The position numbers and the translations under genes are program-made. The notes beneath the pieces were generated by a model that was not told where the DNA came from, did not search any database, and worked only from the letters and a program-made list of their open reading frames with translations. Shown here in pieces: positions 8,996 to 15,515 of a DNA stretch of 15,515 nucleotides (position 1 is the stretch's first letter; the number at the start of each line of letters is the position of its first letter). Source of the stretch: Bacteroidetes bacterium GWA2_32_17 (GTDB lineage Bacteria > Bacteroidota > Bacteroidia > Bacteroidales > GWA2-32-17); contig MENF01000195.1 of the NCBI GenBank assembly GCA_001769035.1, positions 1 through 15,515 on the forward strand, written 5' to 3'.

Positions 8996-11602
8996 ATGAA
9001 AAAAAATCTATTTGCTTTTTTAGTAATAGCCTTTTTTGCAATAAGCTCTTATGGGCAATGCGGGCTTACAATTACCAGTACAGATGCAACTTGTAGTTAT
9101 AATTGCGATGGCTCTGCAACAGCAAATGCAACTGGCACACCACCATTTAACTTTTATTGGGATAATGGTGCAATAAGCCAAACCAATGATAATCTGTGTG
9201 CAGGAACGACGTATTCTTGTATGATTGTAGATGCTTTAGGATGTTCTTCCAGTTCTATTCAAGTAACAATTTCTTCGCCACCTGCCATTATGTTTTTGCC
9301 TGATACAATTCACGACGAAACATGTTTTGGAACTTGCAATGGTGATGCAACTATTTATCCAACCGGCGGTACGCCTCCATATACTTACGATTGGGGAAAT
9401 GGACAAACTACACAGAATGCAACTAATTTGTGTGTAAATTCTTATAATGTTTATGTAGCCGATTCTAATGGCTGTTTATATTATCACGGTATAAATATAT
9501 CAGGACCTCAGCAAATTATTAATACCCATACTTTATCGCAACCAACATGCAGTAATCCAACCGGATACATTTTTTTGTCAACAACTGGTGGAATTGTAGG
9601 TTCAGGTTATAATTATATTTGGAGTAATAGTGCTACTACTAATGCAATTACTAACTTAATTTCTGATATCTATTCTGTTACAACTTCAGATGCAGTTGCT
9701 TGCTCAGTTGTAGATATTTATGTGTTAAATACTTCCGATGGTCCAAACCCAACTGTTAACTGGACTGATATTACCTGTTTTGGAGCAAATAATGGAAAAG
9801 TAGATACTGTTATAAACACTACTCCAGTTACTTCTGCTTCCTGGTCAACAGGTTCAAATGTTTTATTACCTTATCCACAAGATTTATTACCCGGAAACTA
9901 TTCGTTAACTGTAACTTTTAGTGGTTGTAATGGTTATGCACAATTTAATATTATTGAACCACCTCTATTAATTGATAATCCAGAAATTATGCATAATTAC
10001 TGTTTTGGTGATTCAATAGGTAATGTTTATTTAATGCCTTCGGGAGGAACACCCGGAGAAACATTTCCATACACATTCACATGGGGCACATTACCTTTAA
10101 ATAATACCTCAATTGCTTATAATTTACCAGCAGGAACATATCCGGTTACAATTACCGATGATAATGGTTGTACTCTTACAGAAAATATTGATGTTACAGA
10201 ACCACCACAACTTTTTGCAAATGTTGTACCCGTTGATATTTCTTGCCATGGCTTTGGCGATGGGATGGTAATAATAAATATGACTGGTGGCACAGCTCCA
10301 TACTATTTTTCGTTAGATAGTATGCCAAACAATTGGACCGATTATGATACTCTTTTTTCATTAACTGCAGGTTTATATAATTTGTACATTAAAGATGCAA
10401 ATTACTGTTATTTACCACATTCAACTTTTACTATTGTTGAACCAACACCTTTAAATGTTACATATACTCAAACCGACCCAACTTGTGCCGATAATGATGG
10501 TGTTATTCATTTAACAACCACAGGCGGAGTTTTTCCATATATATTTAATTGGAGCAATAGCGCTTTTGATTCGGTTTTAGTTAATTTATCTCAAGGAAAT
10601 TATGATGTTACTGTTTCCGATTCACATGGATGTGTAAATGAACAATATTTTTATTTATTTCCTTCATCCGTCCCTGCAAAACTTTGGGGCGAAGTTTCAT
10701 ATTCTGGTGGAAGTGTTTCGCCTAATGATGCTGAAGTGTTTTTGTTTGGAGTATCTTCGGGTATGACTCAAATTGACACAATTAGCTCTATGATTAATTC
10801 TACATGGGAATTTATCAATTTAATGCCAGGAAATTATTATTTAAAAACAAATATTTTAAACCCTGCTTTATACCCAAATGTTTTAAACACTTATTATGAC
10901 AGTACATTTACATGGTCGTTTGCAGATTCAATACCTTTGGTTTGTAACGATACTGTTTATTTGAATTTAAAGATGTTTGAAACAACAAACTCAAATTCAG
11001 GTAATGGTAGTCTATCGGGAACAATTTCAATGTATGTTACCGGAAAAGCACCTGGCGAACCAGTTCCTGGAGCCGAAATATTAGTAGAACAAGAACCTAA
11101 TGATGTGCCTATTAGCTCAGTAGCTACTGATACAATTGGAAAATACACAGTTACGGGTTTGGCTTTAGGTGTAAGTTATATGTTATTAGTAGATATTCCA
11201 GGTTTGCCATTAATGTCAACTTATCAAAATATTGCTTTTACAGCCACAGATACAGTTCATAATAATTTAGACTTTTTAGTTGATACAATTACAGGTACCG
11301 GAATTTATGCTAGTAACCTGAATTATGTAAATATTTTAAATAGTGGAGTTAATGTAAATGTTTATCCTAATCCTTTTACCTCAAATATTAATGTTACAAT
11401 TAAATTAGATAAGCCGGAAATGGTAAGCATTGATTTATTTGATGCTTTAGGACGAAAAACACAAAGTATCGAAAATAAAGAAATGCCTTCTGGTAAGAAC
11501 GACATAGTGTTAACGCCCGATTCAAAAATAAGTGGAATTTGTTATTTAATGATAAAAGCAGGTAATAGTGTATATGTTAAAAAGTTAATTTCAATCCGAT
11601 AG
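8996..11602 (+). CDS. T9SS cargo protein with a signal peptide, about 7 SprB-type Cys-rich repeats, a CarboxypepD_reg-like Ig domain and a Por C-terminal sorting domain. It is a likely surface adhesin.
   Basis: The signal peptide is MKKNLFAFLVIAFFAISSYGQ. The iterated unit is C.G.C/NG(D)...P(T)GGTPPY.Y.W, for example CFGTCNGDATIYPTGGTPPYTYDWGNG. The C-terminal segment VYPNPFTSNINVTIKLD...ICYLMIKAGNSVYVKKLI matches the T9SS CTD pattern. Confidence 0.85.
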   Translation: MKKNLFAFLVIAFFAISSYGQCGLTITSTDATCSYNCDGSATANATGTPPFNFYWDNGAISQTNDNLCAGTTYSCMIVDALGCSSSSIQVTISSPPAIMFLPDTIHDETCFGTCNGDATIYPTGGTPPYTYDWGNGQTTQNATNLCVNSYNVYVADSNGCLYYHGINISGPQQIINTHTLSQPTCSNPTGYIFLSTTGGIVGSGYNYIWSNSATTNAITNLISDIYSVTTSDAVACSVVDIYVLNTSDGPNPTVNWTDITCFGANNGKVDTVINTTPVTSASWSTGSNVLLPYPQDLLPGNYSLTVTFSGCNGYAQFNIIEPPLLIDNPEIMHNYCFGDSIGNVYLMPSGGTPGETFPYTFTWGTLPLNNTSIAYNLPAGTYPVTITDDNGCTLTENIDVTEPPQLFANVVPVDISCHGFGDGMVIINMTGGTAPYYFSLDSMPNNWTDYDTLFSLTAGLYNLYIKDANYCYLPHSTFTIVEPTPLNVTYTQTDPTCADNDGVIHLTTTGGVFPYIFNWSNSAFDSVLVNLSQGNYDVTVSDSHGCVNEQYFYLFPSSVPAKLWGEVSYSGGSVSPNDAEVFLFGVSSGMTQIDTISSMINSTWEFINLMPGNYYLKTNILNPALYPNVLNTYYDSTFTWSFADSIPLVCNDTVYLNLKMFETTNSNSGNGSLSGTISMYVTGKAPGEPVPGAEILVEQEPNDVPISSVATDTIGKYTVTGLALGVSYMLLVDIPGLPLMSTYQNIAFTATDTVHNNLDFLVDTITGTGIYASNLNYVNILNSGVNVNVYPNPFTSNINVTIKLDKPEMVSIDLFDALGRKTQSIENKEMPSGKNDIVLTPDSKISGICYLMIKAGNSVYVKKLISIR

Positions 11603-11626
11603 TTATCGGATCAAAAATAATTAATT

Positions 11627-11653
11627 GAGCCGATGAAAATCGGCTCTTTTATT
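11627..11653 (+). terminator. Rho-independent terminator after the SprB-repeat gene.
   Basis: GAGCCGAT-gaaa-ATCGGCTC is a perfect 8-bp stem with a GAAA tetraloop, followed by TTTTATT, 25 nt after the stop codon. Confidence 0.7.
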
Positions 11654-11694
11654 ATACATCTTGCTAAATAAATTGATGTAAAATTAACTATGAA

Positions 11695-12100
11695 TATTGC
11701 CACGACCTAAAGGTCGTGGAATACAAAAATAATAAATCTGGCTTTAGCCAAAACAACATTAATACTGATGCTATATTGATAGATAGAATAAAAAAGCAAT
11801 GAATGATAAAAATTAAAAATGATGCATCTATTGCAGTCAGTTTTAACTGACTGATAAAAAAAATAAAATTCAATTGGCTTTAGCCACATTTTTTATGATG
11901 CTAAAGCAAAATAAAATTAAATAAATTCTATTGCTTTGCTTTTAAACAACTGCAATAGACAGAATAAGAAAGCAATTTAATAGACACAAGTTGTGTAATT
12001 GGTATTAAACAGATTTAGTAAAAGAAATTTTGGCTAAAGCCACTTCTCTTCATTATAATACCACGACCTGAAGGTCGTGGCAATAAATGGTCGTGGCAAT
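11695..12100. repeat. Palindrome-dense, dyad-symmetric AT-rich non-coding block (REP/BIME-like cluster or MITE-like element).
   Basis: Contents: the 28-bp palindrome ATTGCCACGACC-taaa-GGTCGTGG(C)AAT at 11696-11722, and again at 12058-12084 with a partial re-duplication (GGTCGTGGCAAT) to 12100; TGGCTTTAGCCA at 11739-11750 and 11875-11886, and its inverse TGGCTAAAGCCA at 12031-12042; TGCTAAAGCA at 11899-11908; CAGTCAGT-ttta-ACTGACTG at 11834-11853; TCTATTGCAG at 11828-11837 with its reverse complement CTGCAATAGA at 11950-11959. The left half and the reverse complement of the right half are colinear: palindrome, then ~18 bp, then TGGCTTTAGCCAAAA, then ~70 bp, then TCTATTGCAG. Confidence 0.6.
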
Positions 12101-12171
12101 TAAAACTTTAATTGGAAATATATCTGATTTATAAAACAATACTTTAGTTACGTTTTAAAAATTGAAATAAA

Positions 12172-12639
12172 ATGCAATCACTCGAATTTATTAATAAATT
12201 TATTTTACAACAATCGAAAAAGCATATCGAAAATAAGTCATATTTATCATCAATGCTTATTTTAACAATTGGATTTGAAATAATGGGTGGTTTTTTTGAT
12301 AAAAAGCCATTAAAATCGCCAAAGCAATCGAAACTTCGTTTTAATGTTGCTATTGATAAATTATTGGGTGGCAAATATTCTTTATACAATAAAAACGACT
12401 TTTTGTACGAAGCATTAAGAAATCAATTTGTACACTCTTTATTAATAGGTAATAAATTTAAAGTTTCATTAAACGAAAAACATTTAAGCGAAAAAGACGG
12501 ATTTATCGTTTTTAACCCTTTAACTTTTTATGATGATATTGAAAATGCTTCGAAAAAATTAGTAAAGCTGACTTCAGAAAATAGAATAGTGTTGAAAAAA
12601 ATCCCTGATAATTATTTGATTTTAACTCCATTTATTTAA
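12172..12639 (+). CDS. Hypothetical 155-aa protein with an R-N-x-x-x-H motif (ALRNQFVH) reminiscent of HEPN-type RNase active sites. No family assignment could be made.
   Basis: It is a clean ORF starting 70 bp after the palindromic block and has no signal peptide. The Rx4H motif lies at about residue 83-88. The overlapping antisense ORF 12144-12389 is low-complexity and was rejected. Confidence 0.55.
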   Translation: MQSLEFINKFILQQSKKHIENKSYLSSMLILTIGFEIMGGFFDKKPLKSPKQSKLRFNVAIDKLLGGKYSLYNKNDFLYEALRNQFVHSLLIGNKFKVSLNEKHLSEKDGFIVFNPLTFYDDIENASKKLVKLTSENRIVLKKIPDNYLILTPFI

Positions 12640-12832
12640 CTATTTTTATGTGTTTGTTGTTATGTGTTATTAAACACACATCAAATAAAACATGTTTATT
12701 CTTCAAATATTATTTATGTGCGTATGTGTTTCAAATATAGATACATATTAAAGCAGGGTAAAATAATAAATGTTTTTATTGTAGCTATTTTAATGATATA
12801 ATTTATTTACACATAAAATTATGATAAAAGTA

Positions 12833-12864
12833 TTTGTATTTGCTTTAAATTTATTATAAATTTG
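12833..12864 (+). promoter_or_regulatory. Putative sigma-A promoter for citrate synthase, with -33 TTTG and -7 TAAATTTG.
   Basis: TTTG lies at 12833-12836, followed by a 20-bp spacer and TAAATTTG at 12857-12864, about 70 nt upstream of the ATG at 12935. Confidence 0.3.
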
Positions 12865-12934
12865 AACTATCAAAGTTGTAATAATTTCTTTGAGTATTAA
12901 AATAAAATTTTTAAACAACTAAAATTTAAAATTT

Positions 12935-14224
12935 ATGTCACTTTTAAAAGAAAAACTTCGTACAAATTTTCCAAAACAAAAAGCGGAAATTGCCCAACTC
13001 TTAAAAGAGAGTGGCGACAAAATTGTTTCTCAGGTTACATTAGCTCAGGCTTATGGTGGGATGCGTGGTGTTAAAGGTTTAGTTTGCGATACATCTGAAG
13101 TTCCGCCCGATAAAGGATTAATTATCAGGGGCCTTGAGTTAAAAACAATTACCGACAAGATTCCGGAAGAAATTTTCTTCTTGCTTTTAACCGGACAATT
13201 GCCAACTGATGCGGAACTTAAAGATTTGCAAAATGAAATAAAAGCTAAATCAGAAGTTCCTGCTTATGTGTGGAAAGTAATTGATTCTATGCCAGCCGAT
13301 TCACATCCAATGACAATGTTTAACACAGCTGTTCTTGTAATGCAACACGAATCTGTTTTTGCAAAAAAATACAGCGAAGGCATGAAAAAAGACGAGTACT
13401 GGGATGCTACTTACGATGATGCAATAAATATTATTGCTACACTTCCTGCAATTGCTGCTTATATTTACAGAAAAAGATTTAATAAAGGTCCAAGAATTGA
13501 ATCTGATAAAAATGCCGACTGGTCGGGTAATTATGTTCACATGCTTGGCTTACCTAACGAAAAAGATGAGTTTGCAAAATTAATGCGTTTATATTTAACA
13601 TTACACAGCGACCACGAAGGCGGTAATGTTAGTGCATATTCTTCTGCAACTATCAGTTCTGCATTGTCCGATTTATATTATTCATTATCCGGCGGATTAA
13701 ACGGATTAGCTGGACCGCTTCACGGTTTAGCAAATCAGGAATGCTTAGGTTGGGTTTTAGAAACAATGCAAAAATTTAATGGTGCACCATCAAAAGAACA
13801 ATTAGAAAAATACGCATGGGAAACATTAAATTCAGGTAAAGTTGTTCCGGGTTATGGTCATGCAGTTTTAAGAATTACCGACCCGCGTTTTGCTGCTTTC
13901 CTTGAATTTGGAAAACAATATATGCCAAACGATCCCGTTTATCAGACAATGGCAAGAGTTTTTGAAGTTGTTCCTACTGTTTTAACACAAGTACAAAAAA
14001 TTAAAGACCCTTGGCCAAATGTTGATGCTGGTTCTGGTTCATTGTTATATCATTATGGACTAAAAGAATTTAGTTATTACACAGTTCTGTTTAGCGTATC
14101 GCGTGCATTAGGTATTTGCTCACAAGCAATTGTAGCAAGAGCAATGGGATACCCTATAACCCGTCCTAAATCGTTGCCAACAGTTGCATACAAAAAAATA
14201 GTTTCTGTTTCTGCAAATGCTTAA
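12935..14224 (+). CDS. gltA: Citrate synthase.
   Basis: It is 429 aa. The citrate synthase signature G-Y-G-H-A-V-L-R-x-x-D-P-R (GYGHAVLRITDPR) is present, together with the catalytic His/Asp context (HSDHEGGNVSA, ...DAGSGS...) typical of the family. Confidence 0.95.
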   Translation: MSLLKEKLRTNFPKQKAEIAQLLKESGDKIVSQVTLAQAYGGMRGVKGLVCDTSEVPPDKGLIIRGLELKTITDKIPEEIFFLLLTGQLPTDAELKDLQNEIKAKSEVPAYVWKVIDSMPADSHPMTMFNTAVLVMQHESVFAKKYSEGMKKDEYWDATYDDAINIIATLPAIAAYIYRKRFNKGPRIESDKNADWSGNYVHMLGLPNEKDEFAKLMRLYLTLHSDHEGGNVSAYSSATISSALSDLYYSLSGGLNGLAGPLHGLANQECLGWVLETMQKFNGAPSKEQLEKYAWETLNSGKVVPGYGHAVLRITDPRFAAFLEFGKQYMPNDPVYQTMARVFEVVPTVLTQVQKIKDPWPNVDAGSGSLLYHYGLKEFSYYTVLFSVSRALGICSQAIVARAMGYPITRPKSLPTVAYKKIVSVSANA

Positions 14225-14250
14225 TAATAATTAATTTAAAATTCAAAAAA

Positions 14251-15183
14251 ATGAAAATATCAGTAATTGGAGCTGGAAATGTAGGAGCAAGTTGTGCTCT
14301 TGAGATAGCTCGTAGAGAAATAGCAACCGAAGTAATTCTACTTGACATTAAAGAGAATTATGCAAATGGTAAAGCACTTGATATGTGGCAAACCGCACCT
14401 GTTGATAGTTACGATTCAAGAGTTATTGGTGTAACTAATGACTATGCTAAAACAGCTAATTCAGAAATCGTTGTTATTACTTCTGGTTTACCTCGTAAAC
14501 CCGGAATGAGTCGCGATGATTTAATTGCTACAAACGCAGATATAGTTAGAAGTGTAACCGAACAGGTTGTAAAACATTCGCCTAAAGCAATTATTCTCGT
14601 AGTTTCTAATCCTTTAGACGTAATGACCTATTGCGCATACCTTACTGCAAAAATTGATTCAAAAAGAGTATTTGGTATGGCAGGAATTCTTGACACTGCC
14701 CGATACAGAATGTTTTTATCAGAAGCATTAAATGTTTCTCATAAAGAAATTCAGGCAATCATAATGGGAGGACATGGTGATACTATGGTTCCACTACCAC
14801 GTTATACAACAGTAGCAGGTATTCCGGTTACTGAATTTATTGCAAAAGATAAACTTGATGCAATTATCGAAAGAACCAAAAAAGGTGGTGGCGAAATAGT
14901 TAATCTTTTAGGAACTTCTGCATGGTTTGCACCAGCTGCTGCAGCTGCTCAAATGGTAGAGGCTATTGTAAAAGACCAGAAACGGGTTTTTCCTGTTTGT
15001 ACATGGTTACAAGGTGAATATGGTTTAAAAGATATTTACCTTGGAGTGCCTGTAATCCTTGGAAAAAATGGTGTTGAAAAAGTAATAGAGCTACAGTTAA
15101 ATAATGACGAAAAACAACTACTTGCAAATTCTGCTAAAGCAGTTAAAGAAGTAATGGATGTTTACGACAAAATGACTGTGTAA
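14251..15183 (+). CDS. mdh: NAD-dependent malate dehydrogenase (LDH-like family).
   Basis: The N-terminal Rossmann motif is MKISVIGAGNVGAS. Also present are the substrate-binding/catalytic region ...ITSGLPRKPGMSRDDL... and ...IIMGGHGDTMVP. It is 310 aa and begins 26 bp after gltA. Confidence 0.95.
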   Translation: MKISVIGAGNVGASCALEIARREIATEVILLDIKENYANGKALDMWQTAPVDSYDSRVIGVTNDYAKTANSEIVVITSGLPRKPGMSRDDLIATNADIVRSVTEQVVKHSPKAIILVVSNPLDVMTYCAYLTAKIDSKRVFGMAGILDTARYRMFLSEALNVSHKEIQAIIMGGHGDTMVPLPRYTTVAGIPVTEFIAKDKLDAIIERTKKGGGEIVNLLGTSAWFAPAAAAAQMVEAIVKDQKRVFPVCTWLQGEYGLKDIYLGVPVILGKNGVEKVIELQLNNDEKQLLANSAKAVKEVMDVYDKMTV

Positions 15184-15218
15184 TTATTTTTAATCCCATA
15201 AAATCGGATAATTTTTAT

Positions 15219-15246
15219 AAAAGCTGCCCTAAAGGCAGCTTTTGTT
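15219..15246 (+). terminator. Rho-independent terminator after mdh.
   Basis: AAAAGCTGCC-ctaaa-GGCAGCTTTT is a perfect 10-bp stem. Its 3' side carries a U-tract that continues as gtt, and it lies 36 nt after the stop codon. Confidence 0.75.
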
Positions 15247-15277
15247 ATTAATGTTATTAAAGTGGACTTCTAAAAAT

Positions 15278-15400
15278 TGCTTATTGAGTATAGAAATTAG
15301 GTATAAGGTATAAAAGGTATAAGGTTTGTGAGCGGCATATACCTCTATACCCTATACCTTTTTAAAATTTTGTCTGTCTCAAAAAATCTAATTTTTAGAA
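15278..15400. mobile_element. 123-bp palindromic MITE-like element with 11-bp terminal inverted repeats and internal inverted GGTATAA heptamer arrays.
   Basis: The terminal inverted repeats are TTCTAAAAATT (15278-15288) and AATTTTTAGAA (15390-15400). The left arm is GGTATAAGGTATAAaaGGTATAAGG (15310-15334). The right arm is ATACCtcTATACCcTATACC (15348-15367), which is its approximate reverse complement. The two arms are alignable along their whole length. No coding capacity is present. Confidence 0.45.
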
Positions 15401-15467
15401 CCCCTCTAAAATTTATTGAAAATTGTTTATATTCAAAATATATAGTTACTGTTCGGGTAGGATAATA

Positions 15468-15496
15468 ATTGCCACGAGCTTTAGCTCGTGGTAAAT
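15468..15496. repeat. Third copy (a variant) of the CCACGAsC-N4-GsTCGTGG palindrome family.
   Basis: ATTGCCACGAGC-ttta-GCTCGTGGtaaat has the same outer arms, ATTGCCACGA / TCGTGG, as the copies at 11696 and 12058. Its inner core, GCTTTAGC, is identical to the core of the TGGCTTTAGCCA palindromes. Confidence 0.5.
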
Positions 15497-15515
15497 ATAG
15501 AAAACACAAAACGGC

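Noticed and set aside
11688-11889. Two overlapping 60-61-aa minus-strand ORFs in the palindromic intergenic region
   Set aside because: They are products of AT-rich repeat DNA. Their Ile/Phe/Leu-rich translations are low-complexity, they overlap each other in different frames, and the region is better explained as non-coding repeats.
11695-12100. CRISPR array
   Set aside because: The repeats are self-complementary palindromes of differing types and are irregularly spaced. There are no uniform spacers and no cas genes in the window.
11695-12100. Chromosomal origin (oriC) or retron msr/msd locus in the AT-rich palindromic block
   Set aside because: No DnaA-box (TTATCCACA-like) repeats were seen and there are no adjacent dnaA/dnaN genes. 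No reverse-transcriptase gene follows, as a retron would require.
12144-12389. 81-aa minus-strand ORF overlapping the start of the 155-aa gene
   Set aside because: It is antisense to a better + strand ORF, has a low-complexity sequence, and has no start context.
12172-12639. Assigning the 155-aa protein to the HepT (DUF86) toxin family
   Set aside because: There is no upstream MNT-type antitoxin. The residues after the motif (H-S-L, not H-x-Y) and the ~65-residue tail do not fit HepT. Only the generic Rx4H hint is retained.
13301-14348. Minus-strand ORFs 13301-13540 and 14166-14348 inside or overlapping gltA and the mdh start
   Set aside because: They are antisense to highly conserved housekeeping genes with clear family signatures, and are spurious.

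Overview
The window is low-GC DNA, most likely from a Bacteroidota (Flavobacteriia/Bacteroidia-like) chromosome. The evidence is two very large secreted proteins ending in type IX secretion (T9SS) C-terminal sorting domains, one of them built from SprB-type Cys repeats. Starts generally lack Shine-Dalgarno sequences, and several show TTTG/TAnnTTTG-type promoter motifs. All convincing genes are on the + strand, in this order: (1) a 5'-truncated T9SS cargo protein with LamG, PKD and CARDB domains; (2) a degenerate DDE-transposase C-terminal remnant on the - strand; (3) an NfeD/YqiJ-like membrane protein; (4) a flotillin-like SPFH protein; (5) a 930-aa membrane-anchored protein with a C-terminal beta-propeller; (6) an SprB-repeat T9SS cargo protein; (7) an orphan 155-aa protein carrying an R-N-x-x-x-H motif; (8) citrate synthase; (9) malate dehydrogenase. 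The most unusual non-coding content has two parts. First, a roughly 400-bp AT-rich intergenic block (11695-12100) is packed with short perfect palindromes arranged with overall dyad symmetry; a third copy of the same 28-bp palindrome family sits at 15468-15496. Second, a 123-bp palindromic MITE-like element (15278-15400) is built from GGTATAA heptamer arrays, and a half-copy lies next to the transposase remnant at 3467-3497. None of this could be confirmed by database search. Every family assignment comes from reading motifs by eye.
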